Shown here in pieces: positions 46,280 through 55,790 of a stretch of 64,000 bases of DNA (positions are counted from its first letter, which is position 1; each line of letters opens with the position of its first letter). Under the pieces are notes generated by a model. The model saw only the letters and a program-made list of their open reading frames with translations. It was not told the DNA's origin and did not search any database. A program made the position numbers and the translations under genes. Source of the stretch: a virus (lineage: Duplodnaviria > Caudoviricetes); the IMG/VR virus record IMGVR_UViG_3300033076_000277, positions 1,656 to 65,655 of that record; one strand, given 5' to 3'.

Positions 46280-46756
46280 TTATAAGATGTTGTTTATTTG
46301 TTGCAGAGGGACAATGCCACCAAAAGAAAAAATAACGCGCTCACTACCGCGTATTGGTTCCGATGCGTGCTCCTCAAGACTAGCCAAGCACAGCCATAAA
46401 TCGTGTTCATTTACTTGCACCGATTCACCATCCAAAATAGGATTGCCGCCAAACATTGGTTTTTTAAGCATGACATTGCATCGCACATGGGCGTATCCAT
46501 CCGGCGCAGGATCGCAATGCTTATGAGTGCAAGCCCCATCCAAAAAATGATTGCCAGTCATGTTTTGAAATCTTGGCTCAATGTATTCTGGCTTTAACCC
46601 AAAAGCGGCAAAAGCCTCTTCCCAGTATGGTGCTGTTGTTTGTTTTGCATACCTCCTGCCATATCCGTTTTGTACAAATTTGGAATCATCAACGCACGGC
46701 TGAACAAGTGGTGCAAAATCCCAGTTTGATATAACGCGGGGTATGGCGAGAATCAT
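46280..46756 (-). CDS. 2OG-Fe(II) oxygenase-like
   Basis: HKHCD...GGNPIL...EHASEPI.G.ERVIFSFG. Confidence 0.7.
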   Translation of the reverse strand: MILAIPRVISNWDFAPLVQPCVDDSKFVQNGYGRRYAKQTTAPYWEEAFAAFGLKPEYIEPRFQNMTGNHFLDGACTHKHCDPAPDGYAHVRCNVMLKKPMFGGNPILDGESVQVNEHDLWLCLASLEEHASEPIRGSERVIFSFGGIVPLQQINNIL

Positions 46757-46980
46757 GCCGGATTGATAATTATTAAATCGGTGTCAGTCATTCTAAACAT
46801 GACACCTCGGCATGCAATGTTCCAATCACCGTTATCCAACTCACCCCAACTCGGAACATTGAGCATTACATCTGTAGCCAAATGCTCTACGCCATTTTCA
46901 AAAATTCGCCATACGTGCGCTTCTGAACCACGCCCCTCTTGGCCGCGGCTCTTGTTGAAGCGTATTAAATATTTATTCAT
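46753..46980 (-). CDS. hypothetical protein
   Basis: 75 aa, coupled. Confidence 0.7.
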   Translation of the reverse strand: MNKYLIRFNKSRGQEGRGSEAHVWRIFENGVEHLATDVMLNVPSWGELDNGDWNIACRGVMFRMTDTDLIIINPA

Positions 46981-47414
46981 CTTGATGTAAATGGCATCAT
47001 TGGTTTACAAGTGTACGCGCTAACAAGTTGGCGTAACTCACCTTTATTTTCAGAATTGACTGGCTCAATTAAAAATTCTGGATCAAGAATTTGACCCTCA
47101 ACATCACGAATTGCATGTATGCAAGAACAGACCGTGTTGTCTTCCAATGCAACCAGCTTATGAGTTCGATCTTTGTGTATGAACACCATGCTTGGGGCGA
47201 CAAACTCTTTACTCGATGCGATGGTTCCGTCATCATTAAGAACTTCAACGCGCACTGAACCACTGCTTACAAGCGTGGCGTGGTCATACGTGTGCTTGTG
47301 CCCCTGCTCAATGTCGCCTGCGTTAACAAAATTCATTAAACGGCAGAACACATTGCTGACAGCGATGATCTTAATTTCTGGAGACGCCATATTTACTCCG
47401 GTTGATTTGGCCAA
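46977..47414 (-). CDS. cupin-fold protein
   Basis: GHKHTYDHATLVSSG...THKLVAL...CIH. Confidence 0.8.
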   Translation of the reverse strand: MAKSTGVNMASPEIKIIAVSNVFCRLMNFVNAGDIEQGHKHTYDHATLVSSGSVRVEVLNDDGTIASSKEFVAPSMVFIHKDRTHKLVALEDNTVCSCIHAIRDVEGQILDPEFLIEPVNSENKGELRQLVSAYTCKPMMPFTSR

Positions 47415-47776
47415 ATAATGTTTTCAGGGAATCCTTCTTGGCTTGGAACGTTGCGCAAAGCCTCTCTAAAATCCAGCCAATTAGCACGCTGTTCTTTTGT
47501 CATTGAAGTATTGTCTGCCGCGACCGCCCAAGCTGTAGCGTTTAAAAGTTGCGCTACTGTTGAATTGGCTTCTTCAGCAGTCATTGGAATTGGGGCTTCT
47601 TCACCAACCTCAAACCAGCCTTGGTCAACAAAGCTATCGCCCAACCATGACAAATCAGCAAGGCGATCAACAATACCGCCCATTCCAAAAATTGGCCCCC
47701 AGTTTTCAGGGAGTCTTTGGGGCTCGTTTAGCGCTTCGCCCGTTGATATTTTTTTCAGTTGCCAAAGCATCGCCAT
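47393..47776 (-). CDS. tail fibre assembly chaperone-like protein
   Basis: C-terminal W..FREALRNVPSQEGFPENIIWP. Confidence 0.75.
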   Translation of the reverse strand: MAMLWQLKKISTGEALNEPQRLPENWGPIFGMGGIVDRLADLSWLGDSFVDQGWFEVGEEAPIPMTAEEANSTVAQLLNATAWAVAADNTSMTKEQRANWLDFREALRNVPSQEGFPENIIWPNQPE

Positions 47777-48251
47777 TTTTTTCACCTCTTTTTTTACGGG
47801 CTCTAACCGCCCCACCATTTACATACTCATACTCTTTTTGAGCCAAGTTGTCCGCCACAATTGCTTCGGCTTCGGCTTGGTCAAACCCAGAGGAACCTAG
47901 TTTTTGAAACACGGACATGTCATTTGGAAATGGTGGATGACCATTTAAGTGTTTCTTTTCTGCTTCGCTAACACGCCACTCCCGCCAACTTGAAAAATCA
48001 TCTCTTGGCTTTAGAGCAATATGGCAACCAACATTAGCCGCAAGCTGGTGAATTAACTCAATAGTTTCTGCTGGCTGCATTAGGCACCAAATGTAAGATC
48101 CATCCGCAGAACGCATGGACACTTCTGTTGTACCACCAAAAGCTGTGCCAACAGTAACTGAACGCGCACGGCTAAATTCGCCCAACCTATTTGCAAGCTC
48201 CTGTTTATTACGAAGCTCATCCAACTGTTTTTGCAATTCAGAAGTTTTCAT
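47706..48251 (-). CDS. hypothetical protein of fibre island
   Basis: Start set to MKTSEL; coupled to fibre gene. Confidence 0.7.
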   Translation of the reverse strand: MKTSELQKQLDELRNKQELANRLGEFSRARSVTVGTAFGGTTEVSMRSADGSYIWCLMQPAETIELIHQLAANVGCHIALKPRDDFSSWREWRVSEAEKKHLNGHPPFPNDMSVFQKLGSSGFDQAEAEAIVADNLAQKEYEYVNGGAVRARKKRGEKNGDALATEKNINGRSAKRAPKTP

Positions 48252-49201
48252 TGGGCATTCCAACTAATAGTAATAGTACCCCCGCTGGCTACGGTAACTG
48301 GATAAGAGCCACCCGGAGTAACAGCTACACAGTTAAATGTAGCAGGGTTAGCGGCAGAACCGGGATTGCCGGCGCTACCACTATTTCCAGCGCTACCTCG
48401 ACCACCGCCGCCAGCGCCGCCGCCAGATGCTCCAGACAAAGATCCGAAGCCCCATCCACCACCACCGCCAGCGCGGGCCACATTTGCAGGGGATCCAGCT
48501 AAATTGGGGCCACCACCAGTGCCGCCACCCGGATTGCCGCCAGCAGCGCCACCGAAATAAGGTATGTTAACGGTCACAGAAGTTCCGGGATTACAGGCTC
48601 CAGATCCTCCGCCACCAGTATTAAAATTGCCGCAAGCATTAACACCGCCGCCACCAGATCCGCCTCCAATTGACCCCCCACTACCCCCACCACCTGTGCT
48701 TGCCGAGGGGCCGGGTCCTTTTGCGTACTTTACTCCGGGGCCGCCATCGCCACCACGTCCACCACCAGCGCCCCCATTACCTGCGGCACCAGCATTTCCG
48801 CCAGCACCGCCTGTAAATGTTTTGCATATAGCAGTAGAAGATGCTCCAGTATTGCCAGCAGAACCATTAGAGCCAGACGAGCCCGAGCTTCCGCAACTTG
48901 AATTACCCGTACCACCTAGACCGCCGCACTTACCAGTAAAAGATCCACCGCAAGGTTGATAGCCATAACAAGGGCACCAAATATATCCGTAAGCATTTCC
49001 GCCGTGACCACCAGCGCCACCATTGCCAGTACCGCCGGAATTTCCACTATTGCCCGCATTGCCGGAGCCGCCTCGTCCAGTAATCGTGACCTTGCTAAGT
49101 CCAGCAGGCGCGGCAAAAGTGCCCGGCGCATTAAATGTTTGAGAACCTGCCGGAATACCACCACCGCCAAGCACTCCAACTTTTGAAGTTCCAATTGCCA
49201 T
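48248..49201 (-). CDS. Gly-rich, Cys-containing fibre/adhesin protein
   Basis: GGxGG repeats, TFNAPGTF...VTITGRGG, C-terminal YPVTVASGG.ITISW. Confidence 0.75.
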   Translation of the reverse strand: MAIGTSKVGVLGGGGIPAGSQTFNAPGTFAAPAGLSKVTITGRGGSGNAGNSGNSGGTGNGGAGGHGGNAYGYIWCPCYGYQPCGGSFTGKCGGLGGTGNSSCGSSGSSGSNGSAGNTGASSTAICKTFTGGAGGNAGAAGNGGAGGGRGGDGGPGVKYAKGPGPSASTGGGGSGGSIGGGSGGGGVNACGNFNTGGGGSGACNPGTSVTVNIPYFGGAAGGNPGGGTGGGPNLAGSPANVARAGGGGGWGFGSLSGASGGGAGGGGRGSAGNSGSAGNPGSAANPATFNCVAVTPGGSYPVTVASGGTITISWNAQ

Positions 49202-49210
49202 TATTTCACC

Positions 49211-49771
49211 TCATTTATCCAAACCAAGCGATGCACGCCTGTCAAACTTAAACCCCGAATATGGGCCATTCTGATCCACGTAGTGCAACATTACCTGAAC
49301 ATTGATGTCCGTGTCCACCGATTTCTCCCGCCAATGAACGACTTCGCAACCTTTGTAGATGCAAGCGTCACCGGGTTCAAGGTAGTGAGTTGCAGGTTCT
49401 TTGCCCAAAACTTTCATGCAGATTGGCCAAGGCTTTCCAACCGTTGCAATATGCGATGTTACTGAAATTTCGCAAGAGCGTCTATCTACATGTGGTGCAA
49501 GTTCATTGCCTTTTAAATAAACACGAGCAAATGAATATGTTGGGTGCAACTTCAAACCAGTCGCCGCCTCAACGGTAGCTGTTGAATTTTTTAAAAGCAC
49601 TTCAGTCAAAGGATCTGCATACCAACCAATTGAGCTGTTTTCATCACCCGCCGTATTATTTTCTGGGTATCGCTTTAAAGAATTTTCCAGATACTGAGAA
49701 ACAATGCCAACAGTCTTGGTGTCGTAAAAGCCCTTAATTAACACATAGCCGTTTTTTTCAAATTCAGTCAT
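49211..49771 (-). CDS. 2OG-Fe(II) oxygenase
   Basis: Start set to MTEFEK; LAPHVDR.SCEIS...HWRE...QVMLHY. Confidence 0.8.
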   Translation of the reverse strand: MTEFEKNGYVLIKGFYDTKTVGIVSQYLENSLKRYPENNTAGDENSSIGWYADPLTEVLLKNSTATVEAATGLKLHPTYSFARVYLKGNELAPHVDRRSCEISVTSHIATVGKPWPICMKVLGKEPATHYLEPGDACIYKGCEVVHWREKSVDTDINVQVMLHYVDQNGPYSGFKFDRRASLGLDK

Positions 49772-50372
49772 AGTAAAACCACCCTGTGACAATATATTTG
49801 TGCGTTTCACCGAGAACCGGGTTGCCTCTGTGAGCATGTGTGTATGTTGCTGGCCATAAGAGCACTGTATTTTCAACTGGGTTAAAGCGCTTTTTTTGGT
49901 ACAAGAACTCTGTCTCAGCGCCTTCTTCTGGAGCAATACTATTTAAATACAACATGTACGTCACAACACGATTAGCTTGTGGTCCAGAGCCTTGTTCGGC
50001 GTGCCATACATGGTATCCACCACCGGGGCCGGTGCGTTGCATTTTCATGCACGTAGCGCGAATACTGCCACTGCTTTTTATTACCGAAAACTTTTCAGTG
50101 TAGTTATCGTAACAACGTTGCAAACCATCAAAAAATAACGTTACTGGATTGTGCCCATCAAAAAACTGCATGTCGTGGCCCCTTAACTCCATGCCAATAG
50201 CATGGTCGTCTTTCATGTGCCGCTCCGCGTTTTCGAGAACTTGCCTATTTGCGCCAGCACCATTCTGCTCTAAACGGTTAAATTCAGAAATTAAATGTTG
50301 GCAGTATCCGGGCGGATACACATTTTTATACAAGCCAATGTATTCAAGGTATTCAATATAGTCTTTATTCAT
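49764..50372 (-). CDS. 2OG-Fe(II) oxygenase (prolyl-4-hydroxylase-like)
   Basis: YHVWHAE...MLYLN...THAHRGNP...KYIVTGW. Confidence 0.9.
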   Translation of the reverse strand: MNKDYIEYLEYIGLYKNVYPPGYCQHLISEFNRLEQNGAGANRQVLENAERHMKDDHAIGMELRGHDMQFFDGHNPVTLFFDGLQRCYDNYTEKFSVIKSSGSIRATCMKMQRTGPGGGYHVWHAEQGSGPQANRVVTYMLYLNSIAPEEGAETEFLYQKKRFNPVENTVLLWPATYTHAHRGNPVLGETHKYIVTGWFYYD

Positions 50373-50941
50373 TTGAACGCTGGCCCCGATACCCATGCAA
50401 CTAAAGATTGACGACTTCCACTGGTTACAGGTGTAACTTGGTGCAGAATGTACGATGGAAAGATGGCAATTAATCCACGCTGTTTGCGAATGGTTTGTGG
50501 ATCGCCGGACGTCATAATTTGCAAATCACCACCATAATACTCAGATGGATCTGTTAACTGCATTGCCATAGAAAGTTTTCGGCTTATTCCTCCGCCGCCA
50601 CAATCTTGATGCCATCCATACATGCCTTTTTCAATTTGGTCGTAGTGTGTAAGTTGAAGCGGTTCACCAAAACCAGTTAAATCAAAACGGTAATACTGCG
50701 CATTTATTTTGGAAACAACGTCAGCAAGCTTGTCGAAAACCCATTTTGTTTCTTGTGAATTGTTAAGCCAAGAAACTTGCGACCTTCTAATTTGTTTATT
50801 TAGACCAGCATTTGTCTCTGCGGCCCTTTGTGCATTTTTTGCTTTATCCTGAAGCCAGTCCAACTCGGCGTCAGTAAAAGCACCTTCCCACCAAGCCCAC
50901 GGTTCCGTGGACTGCGTAAAAGGAGTTAGCAAATATTGCAT
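50369..50941 (-). CDS. PKHD-type 2OG-Fe(II) hydroxylase
   Basis: YGWHQD...RKLS...YYGGDL...LHQVTPVTSGSRQSLVAW. Confidence 0.92.
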   Translation of the reverse strand: MQYLLTPFTQSTEPWAWWEGAFTDAELDWLQDKAKNAQRAAETNAGLNKQIRRSQVSWLNNSQETKWVFDKLADVVSKINAQYYRFDLTGFGEPLQLTHYDQIEKGMYGWHQDCGGGGISRKLSMAMQLTDPSEYYGGDLQIMTSGDPQTIRKQRGLIAIFPSYILHQVTPVTSGSRQSLVAWVSGPAFK

Positions 50942-51516
50942 GTGCGCTCCCTATGCGAAACAATAAAGTGCACAGATTTTGTTTCAGACTTTGAATTGTT
51001 TTGTGTCAATTGATGTTGCATCCAAGAGTTTGCCATCAAAATTGTACCGGGTTTAATGTTGGAAAAATGCACTTGTGAAGAGGCATTATTTAATTCCGAA
51101 CCTTGCACAAAGTCAAGCTCGACCATTTGCTTGTTCATGCGTGGCTCATGGTACACAGGGTATGCACCACCTTCTGGAGTTTCCAAAAAGAACCAACCAC
51201 AGATTTGACTATTCTTATGCACGTGGACATTTGTTCCACCATTGCACTTAACGTCTTGACCCCATAACCCAGATACGTACAACTCGTACTTATCCATGTC
51301 ATAACCTTGTTCGCGCAAGATTGCGTCTGACGCTAACAACAAGTAATCAACCAGAAATTTTAATTCTGGGTCATTGGCCATATGCGCAGTTTGGTCAAGC
51401 ATGTTGCCTGACAAAACTTGATCGTAATACTTTTGAACAACCTGACGAGTGTAACCAACCCATTCAGGCTGTTCGTCGCGATAAACGCAACTTGGAAAGT
51501 ATTCAAACCTTTCCAT
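50926..51516 (-). CDS. 2OG-Fe(II) oxygenase (TIGR02466-like)
   Basis: HVHKNSQICGWFFL...KPG.ILMANSWMQH...SVHF. Confidence 0.8.
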   Translation of the reverse strand: MERFEYFPSCVYRDEQPEWVGYTRQVVQKYYDQVLSGNMLDQTAHMANDPELKFLVDYLLLASDAILREQGYDMDKYELYVSGLWGQDVKCNGGTNVHVHKNSQICGWFFLETPEGGAYPVYHEPRMNKQMVELDFVQGSELNNASSQVHFSNIKPGTILMANSWMQHQLTQNNSKSETKSVHFIVSHRERTCNIC

Positions 51517-51749
51517 TAGGCATCAACGTATGCCACCAATGTGTCTGCAAAAGCCGTGATATCTGCGGCTGTAACATCGCGCTCACCAACGGATTTACTG
51601 CGAGCATTCTCAATCAAGATTTCTTTTGACAAGCGCACAGCCTCTAAGCGAGCCTGTTTTGCTTGCGCCGCCATTTGATTGGCATGTTGTGCATTTTGAA
51701 TTGCCACTTGCACATCAACCTGTGCTTGTTGTTCAGCTGTCAAGGCCAT
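51516..51749 (-). CDS. small Q/A-rich hypothetical protein
   Basis: 77 aa helical, AGGAG SD. Confidence 0.7.
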   Translation of the reverse strand: MALTAEQQAQVDVQVAIQNAQHANQMAAQAKQARLEAVRLSKEILIENARSKSVGERDVTAADITAFADTLVAYVDA

Positions 51750-51762
51750 TTTGATACTCCTA

Positions 51763-53040
51763 TTAAGTAGTCAGATTTTTCATGGGGATAGTGCCATACC
51801 AAGTAGAGCCACCATCAGGGGTAAAGAAGAACCAAACATCAATGGCGTTTGCCGTTGTTGTTCTTGATAACGATCCAGATCCGCCGGGGAATTTAAATGT
51901 ACCACCAGCCCAAGATACTGTTCTACCAGCCGTACCGTCATTCGTCAAGATCAGTGTAAACGAAGATGATCCTGTTGCAACGGGATAACGCAAAGTAATT
52001 GTGGCATTACCTGTCAGTGTCGCAGTAAACACGTTACCGCTCACCACGTCAAGGTTAATCGCCGTGCCAGTATTGCCCAGAGCAACCACAGTATCGGCAT
52101 AGCCGACCGCTTGGGCGTAGGTGCCTGACGTAACAGCAGCGGCTGTACCAAAAACACTGGTTGTAGATGGGACAGCCCCAGCCCCACCACCAATCACCAT
52201 TTTATTTGCGGTCAGTGCAGCAGAAGATGCCAACGTTCCAGAGGCGGTGAAAGCTAAAACGCCGCCCGATGTTCCGGATGTCAAATTTGTGCCGCCACGA
52301 ACTACTGGCAGGGTTGATGTAAATCCAGTTACATCGGCATCCCAAGAAGTTGCATCAGTGCCGGAAAGTGAAACACAAGTAACTACGTTGGTGGTATTTG
52401 CATAAACAGTAGTCACCAAATTTCCACCTGACGAATTGACTGTAATGTCGCCAGTAGAGTTATTATGTATTGTCCATTGCTGACCAAGAATCAAAGTTGC
52501 TGCTAATGGCAATACAACCGTTTGGGTGGTAGTGCCAGTAAAGAACTGCAATGATGTGCTTGTGCTTGTTAGAGTGGTTGTCCCTGCGGCTGTGGCCGTA
52601 GTTGTGTATCCACCTAAAATCAAACTTGACGATACTTTGATGTAGTCAGTACCGTTGTAGAAAGCAAAACACTTTTCTCCAGCCGCAACAGTAATACCTG
52701 TTTGGCCAGATGCTTTAAATGTTATGTTGCCGCCAGTCGCTGAGTTATCCACCATATACAGCTTGCTGTAGCTGGGACCAGTAATTACTTTGGTTGTAGT
52801 CAGTGAACCGGTAACGCGAATAACCATGTATTGCGCGGTTGTTGACCCAATGTTTGAAGCAGTAGCATCGCCCGTTGTGTTTGCTAACGTAACCGCACCG
52901 TCACCGGCAAGATTTAATGTGCCAGCAATAGCAATGTTGACGTATTCGGTAATTCCGTTATTAACTGTGTCGCCCCAGGTGCCCGAGAGCGTACCTTGTG
53001 TTGGGGTGACTAACCCTAGTTGACCTGTTGTAGCTGCCAT
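51763..53040 (-). CDS. tail fibre protein
   Basis: T/G/A-rich; N-terminal GTWGDTVN anchor; C-terminal FTLILT..G...T..AIDVWFF. Confidence 0.8.
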   Translation of the reverse strand: MAATTGQLGLVTPTQGTLSGTWGDTVNNGITEYVNIAIAGTLNLAGDGAVTLANTTGDATASNIGSTTAQYMVIRVTGSLTTTKVITGPSYSKLYMVDNSATGGNITFKASGQTGITVAAGEKCFAFYNGTDYIKVSSSLILGGYTTTATAAGTTTLTSTSTSLQFFTGTTTQTVVLPLAATLILGQQWTIHNNSTGDITVNSSGGNLVTTVYANTTNVVTCVSLSGTDATSWDADVTGFTSTLPVVRGGTNLTSGTSGGVLAFTASGTLASSAALTANKMVIGGGAGAVPSTTSVFGTAAAVTSGTYAQAVGYADTVVALGNTGTAINLDVVSGNVFTATLTGNATITLRYPVATGSSSFTLILTNDGTAGRTVSWAGGTFKFPGGSGSLSRTTTANAIDVWFFFTPDGGSTWYGTIPMKNLTT

Positions 53041-53071
53041 TTAAATGCTCCTGTCTGTGTGTAGCGCGGGG

Positions 53072-53971
53072 CTACACTGTAGTGATATTCTGCCAGTTTG
53101 CGTCTTCTGTGTCATCAATTAATGACCAGTAGAAGACACCAAGATTACCAACGTTGCCCATAGCTTGATTGCCCGTGATAGCTACAAGCTGTGCCCCAAT
53201 TACGTTACCCACGTTGCCTGTGGCGGCTACACCAGATAGTTCCAAAGCTTTAACCGGAACGTCTGTTCCAACTAAGCCTGATGCGCTAACGCCTGTCAGA
53301 GCAACCGATATTGTTCCAACAGAAACGTTGCCCACTGCACCTGTAGCTTGAACCCCGCCAGCCTGCCAGTTAAATGTTGCTGTTCCTACAGCACCAGTGG
53401 CTGCAACGCCTGTGAGTGCAATTGTTTTAGTAGGTACAACAGTTCCTGTAGAACCTGCCGCGCTATTGCCGCTAATATTAGCGCCGTACGTGAACCCAAC
53501 AGATCCAACCTCGCCTGTAGCGGAAACGCCTGACAACGCGACTGTTCGGGTGGGTGTTACTGTGCCAACGGAACCTGTAGCAACAACGCCATCCTCACCT
53601 TCAGCGGCAACTGGTGTAACGGAACCCACGGAACCCGTCGCCCCGACACCGGAAAGTGCAGATTCACGCCCCGGAATAGAAACGTCGCCAGTAAATCCAG
53701 TAGCTGATACCCCAGTTAAAGCAATTTGCCTTTCGGCAACAGTAACTGCACCGACCGAGCCTGTAGCTGCAACGCCTGTAATTGGTACGGGATATTCAAC
53801 TGAAGCAGTGGCTGTACCTACCGCACCAGACGCAGAAACGCCAGAAAGGGCTACCGTTACAGTAACCCCCGCCGTACCGACAGCACCAGACGCAGCATTA
53901 CCGGTTAGAGCAGCTTGCTGCCCTCCCCAAGTATTACTGCCCCATGTACTCGCGCCCCATGCGGTTGCCAT
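53072..53971 (-). CDS. virion protein with about 13 tandem 20-aa repeats
   Basis: Repeat A(L/I)(T/S)GVxA(T/S)GxVG; N-terminal WGASTWGSNTWGG. Confidence 0.8.
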   Translation of the reverse strand: MATAWGASTWGSNTWGGQQAALTGNAASGAVGTAGVTVTVALSGVSASGAVGTATASVEYPVPITGVAATGSVGAVTVAERQIALTGVSATGFTGDVSIPGRESALSGVGATGSVGSVTPVAAEGEDGVVATGSVGTVTPTRTVALSGVSATGEVGSVGFTYGANISGNSAAGSTGTVVPTKTIALTGVAATGAVGTATFNWQAGGVQATGAVGNVSVGTISVALTGVSASGLVGTDVPVKALELSGVAATGNVGNVIGAQLVAITGNQAMGNVGNLGVFYWSLIDDTEDANWQNITTV

Positions 53972-53995
53972 GACCTGCCTTTAAGTTAGGCTAGA

Positions 53996-54454
53996 TCAGG
54001 TTGTTGCCAAACGGATCAGCGCGGTAGATGTTGTGTTTGAAGGCATTGTCAATGTGAACGTACCAGCAGTCACAGTCTGTGAACCGAAGGTGTGCACGCT
54101 GACAGCCTTGTTAGAAGATGAAGAGTTGTAAATCAACACAGCATCAAAAGCTGTTGTCAACGTCACGTTTGTATATGTGATGCTGGCTGTTGGTGTCCAG
54201 TAAGCCACACCCGCAGTTGCGGATGAGTTTGTTGCCGTGGGAGATGTGCCGTTTGTCACAGTCACACCACCAGCAGTGTAGTTTGTACCGGTAACTTCAC
54301 CTGTAGATGAATACGCAGTAGTTGAAGCATTCACTGTGGCAGAAGCCAAATACAAAGCAGCTTTAAATGTGTTGCCTGTACCAGTTGTGAAGTTGTGCGT
54401 GGCTGTCATGAGTTCGCCCATGAACGAGGTGCACATTGCTTGAGTATTTGCCAT
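53996..54454 (-). CDS. virion structural protein, paralog A
   Basis: FKAALY...TTAYS..GE..G.NYTAGG. Confidence 0.75.
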   Translation of the reverse strand: MANTQAMCTSFMGELMTATHNFTTGTGNTFKAALYLASATVNASTTAYSSTGEVTGTNYTAGGVTVTNGTSPTATNSSATAGVAYWTPTASITYTNVTLTTAFDAVLIYNSSSSNKAVSVHTFGSQTVTAGTFTLTMPSNTTSTALIRLATT

Positions 54455-54464
54455 GATTTTTCCT

Positions 54465-54659
54465 TTACTCGAAAGAAGCTGTGGAACCTGAAAGAACCAC
54501 GGATTTTTTTAACTGAACGTGCACCGAACGGTGGACAAGTTCCCCATCCAACCAATACTCCACCCAAGTGGTGTATTCGTCATCATTATCAACGAAGCCT
54601 TCTTTTTTCTCAAGAAGAGAATCGTCCATTTCGCCTTTGGTCGTATTTACAAGCGCCAT
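54465..54659 (-). CDS. small hypothetical protein
   Basis: 64 aa, TTWVEYWLDGELVHRS. Confidence 0.7.
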   Translation of the reverse strand: MALVNTTKGEMDDSLLEKKEGFVDNDDEYTTWVEYWLDGELVHRSVHVQLKKSVVLSGSTASFE

Positions 54660-55102
54660 TACGCAATCCTTAAAATAGCAGTGGAGGAAGAAGCTGTTGG
54701 GAACTGGACAACAAATGTGTTGACGGAAGTCTTATCAGACCCAAAGTCAAGCACGCAAACAGATGCGGTGCTGCCCCCACCCAAATCTTTGTAGATCAAA
54801 GCGCCGCGTGCTGTGATTGCGCCTGTCCACGTTACGTTGGCAAAAGACCAATATGCCGCTGCGGTAGAGCCTGTCTGATTGCCCAGCGTAGGTACTTGTG
54901 TAATTGTCAAAGTTTGACCGCCAGCGGCATAGCTGCCGCCTGTAGCTTCGCTATCGGTTGTGTATGCAGTTGTATCAGGACCCAAATTGGCATTACCTGT
55001 GTACAAAGCAATTTTGTAAGATGTGTCAGCAGTGTCGCTAAAACTAAACGTGCCGTTGGCCAGCCCAGTTTTAAATGTGTTGGTTGCGCCTTGGGTCAGC
55101 AT
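54659..55102 (-). CDS. virion structural protein, paralog B
   Basis: YKIALY...TTAYT..SE..G.SYAAGG. Confidence 0.75.
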   Translation of the reverse strand: MLTQGATNTFKTGLANGTFSFSDTADTSYKIALYTGNANLGPDTTAYTTDSEATGGSYAAGGQTLTITQVPTLGNQTGSTAAAYWSFANVTWTGAITARGALIYKDLGGGSTASVCVLDFGSDKTSVNTFVVQFPTASSSTAILRIA

Positions 55103-55103
55103 A

Positions 55104-55790
55104 TCAAGTTACCTTCTGACGGAACTGACCAGAACGGTAAGCGTCTTGACGCTCCATACCATCACCCAGACGTTTAGCCAACGCAAGCGCTTCCATGAAC
55201 TTAGTGTTGTAAAGCTGCATCATGTCGGTCTCACCCTTCATGTAGGTGTACGCCTCGACCAAAGAACCGTACAAAAGCACGGAGTCAAAGTTGTCACCAA
55301 GCCAAGAAGTACCCGCAGTCACAATAGACTGTGGGTAATAGTAATAATGCAGCTCTGTGCGGTAGTTTTGATCTGGCGTAGGGCCAATCAAGAACGTCAA
55401 TTCTGTGGAAATAGTGCCGCCTGAAACAGCAGGGCCAAACAAAGCATAGTACCGTGGAACGCCCGTGTCATCAGGCGTGGGGTACGCTTGGCGAATAAAG
55501 TTCACATCTTTGTTCAGCAGGTACTCGTATGTACCAGTATTGATGTCGCCACCGGTCACATCTGTGACCACTGCTAAAGAATATGTGGCCAAGTAATCGT
55601 CAGGGGCTTGCAAGTATTTGTTGTTTGCCGCCATCGACCCTTGCACATTTTTGCGCAAAGACGGGAACTGAACGCTGTTGTAAATACGCTGCTCAGCCTG
55701 CTGCACGAAGACAGGAATCTCGGCGATAAAGTTCGCCTCCGTGTTCTCCGTGTACGCCTGAATAGCGTCGCTGAGCTGCGTGTAATTCAT
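55104..55790 (-). CDS. head-tail adaptor-like protein
   Basis: FVQQAEQRI...GPTPD..Y..ELHYYY...LLYGSLVEA. Confidence 0.7.
   Translation of the reverse strand: MNYTQLSDAIQAYTENTEANFIAEIPVFVQQAEQRIYNSVQFPSLRKNVQGSMAANNKYLQAPDDYLATYSLAVVTDVTGGDINTGTYEYLLNKDVNFIRQAYPTPDDTGVPRYYALFGPAVSGGTISTELTFLIGPTPDQNYRTELHYYYYPQSIVTAGTSWLGDNFDSVLLYGSLVEAYTYMKGETDMMQLYNTKFMEALALAKRLGDGMERQDAYRSGQFRQKVT

Noticed and set aside
47393-48263. Tail-chaperone programmed frameshift (lambda G/GT type)
   Set aside because: No tape-measure gene or long-tail module; overlap is explained by separate starts
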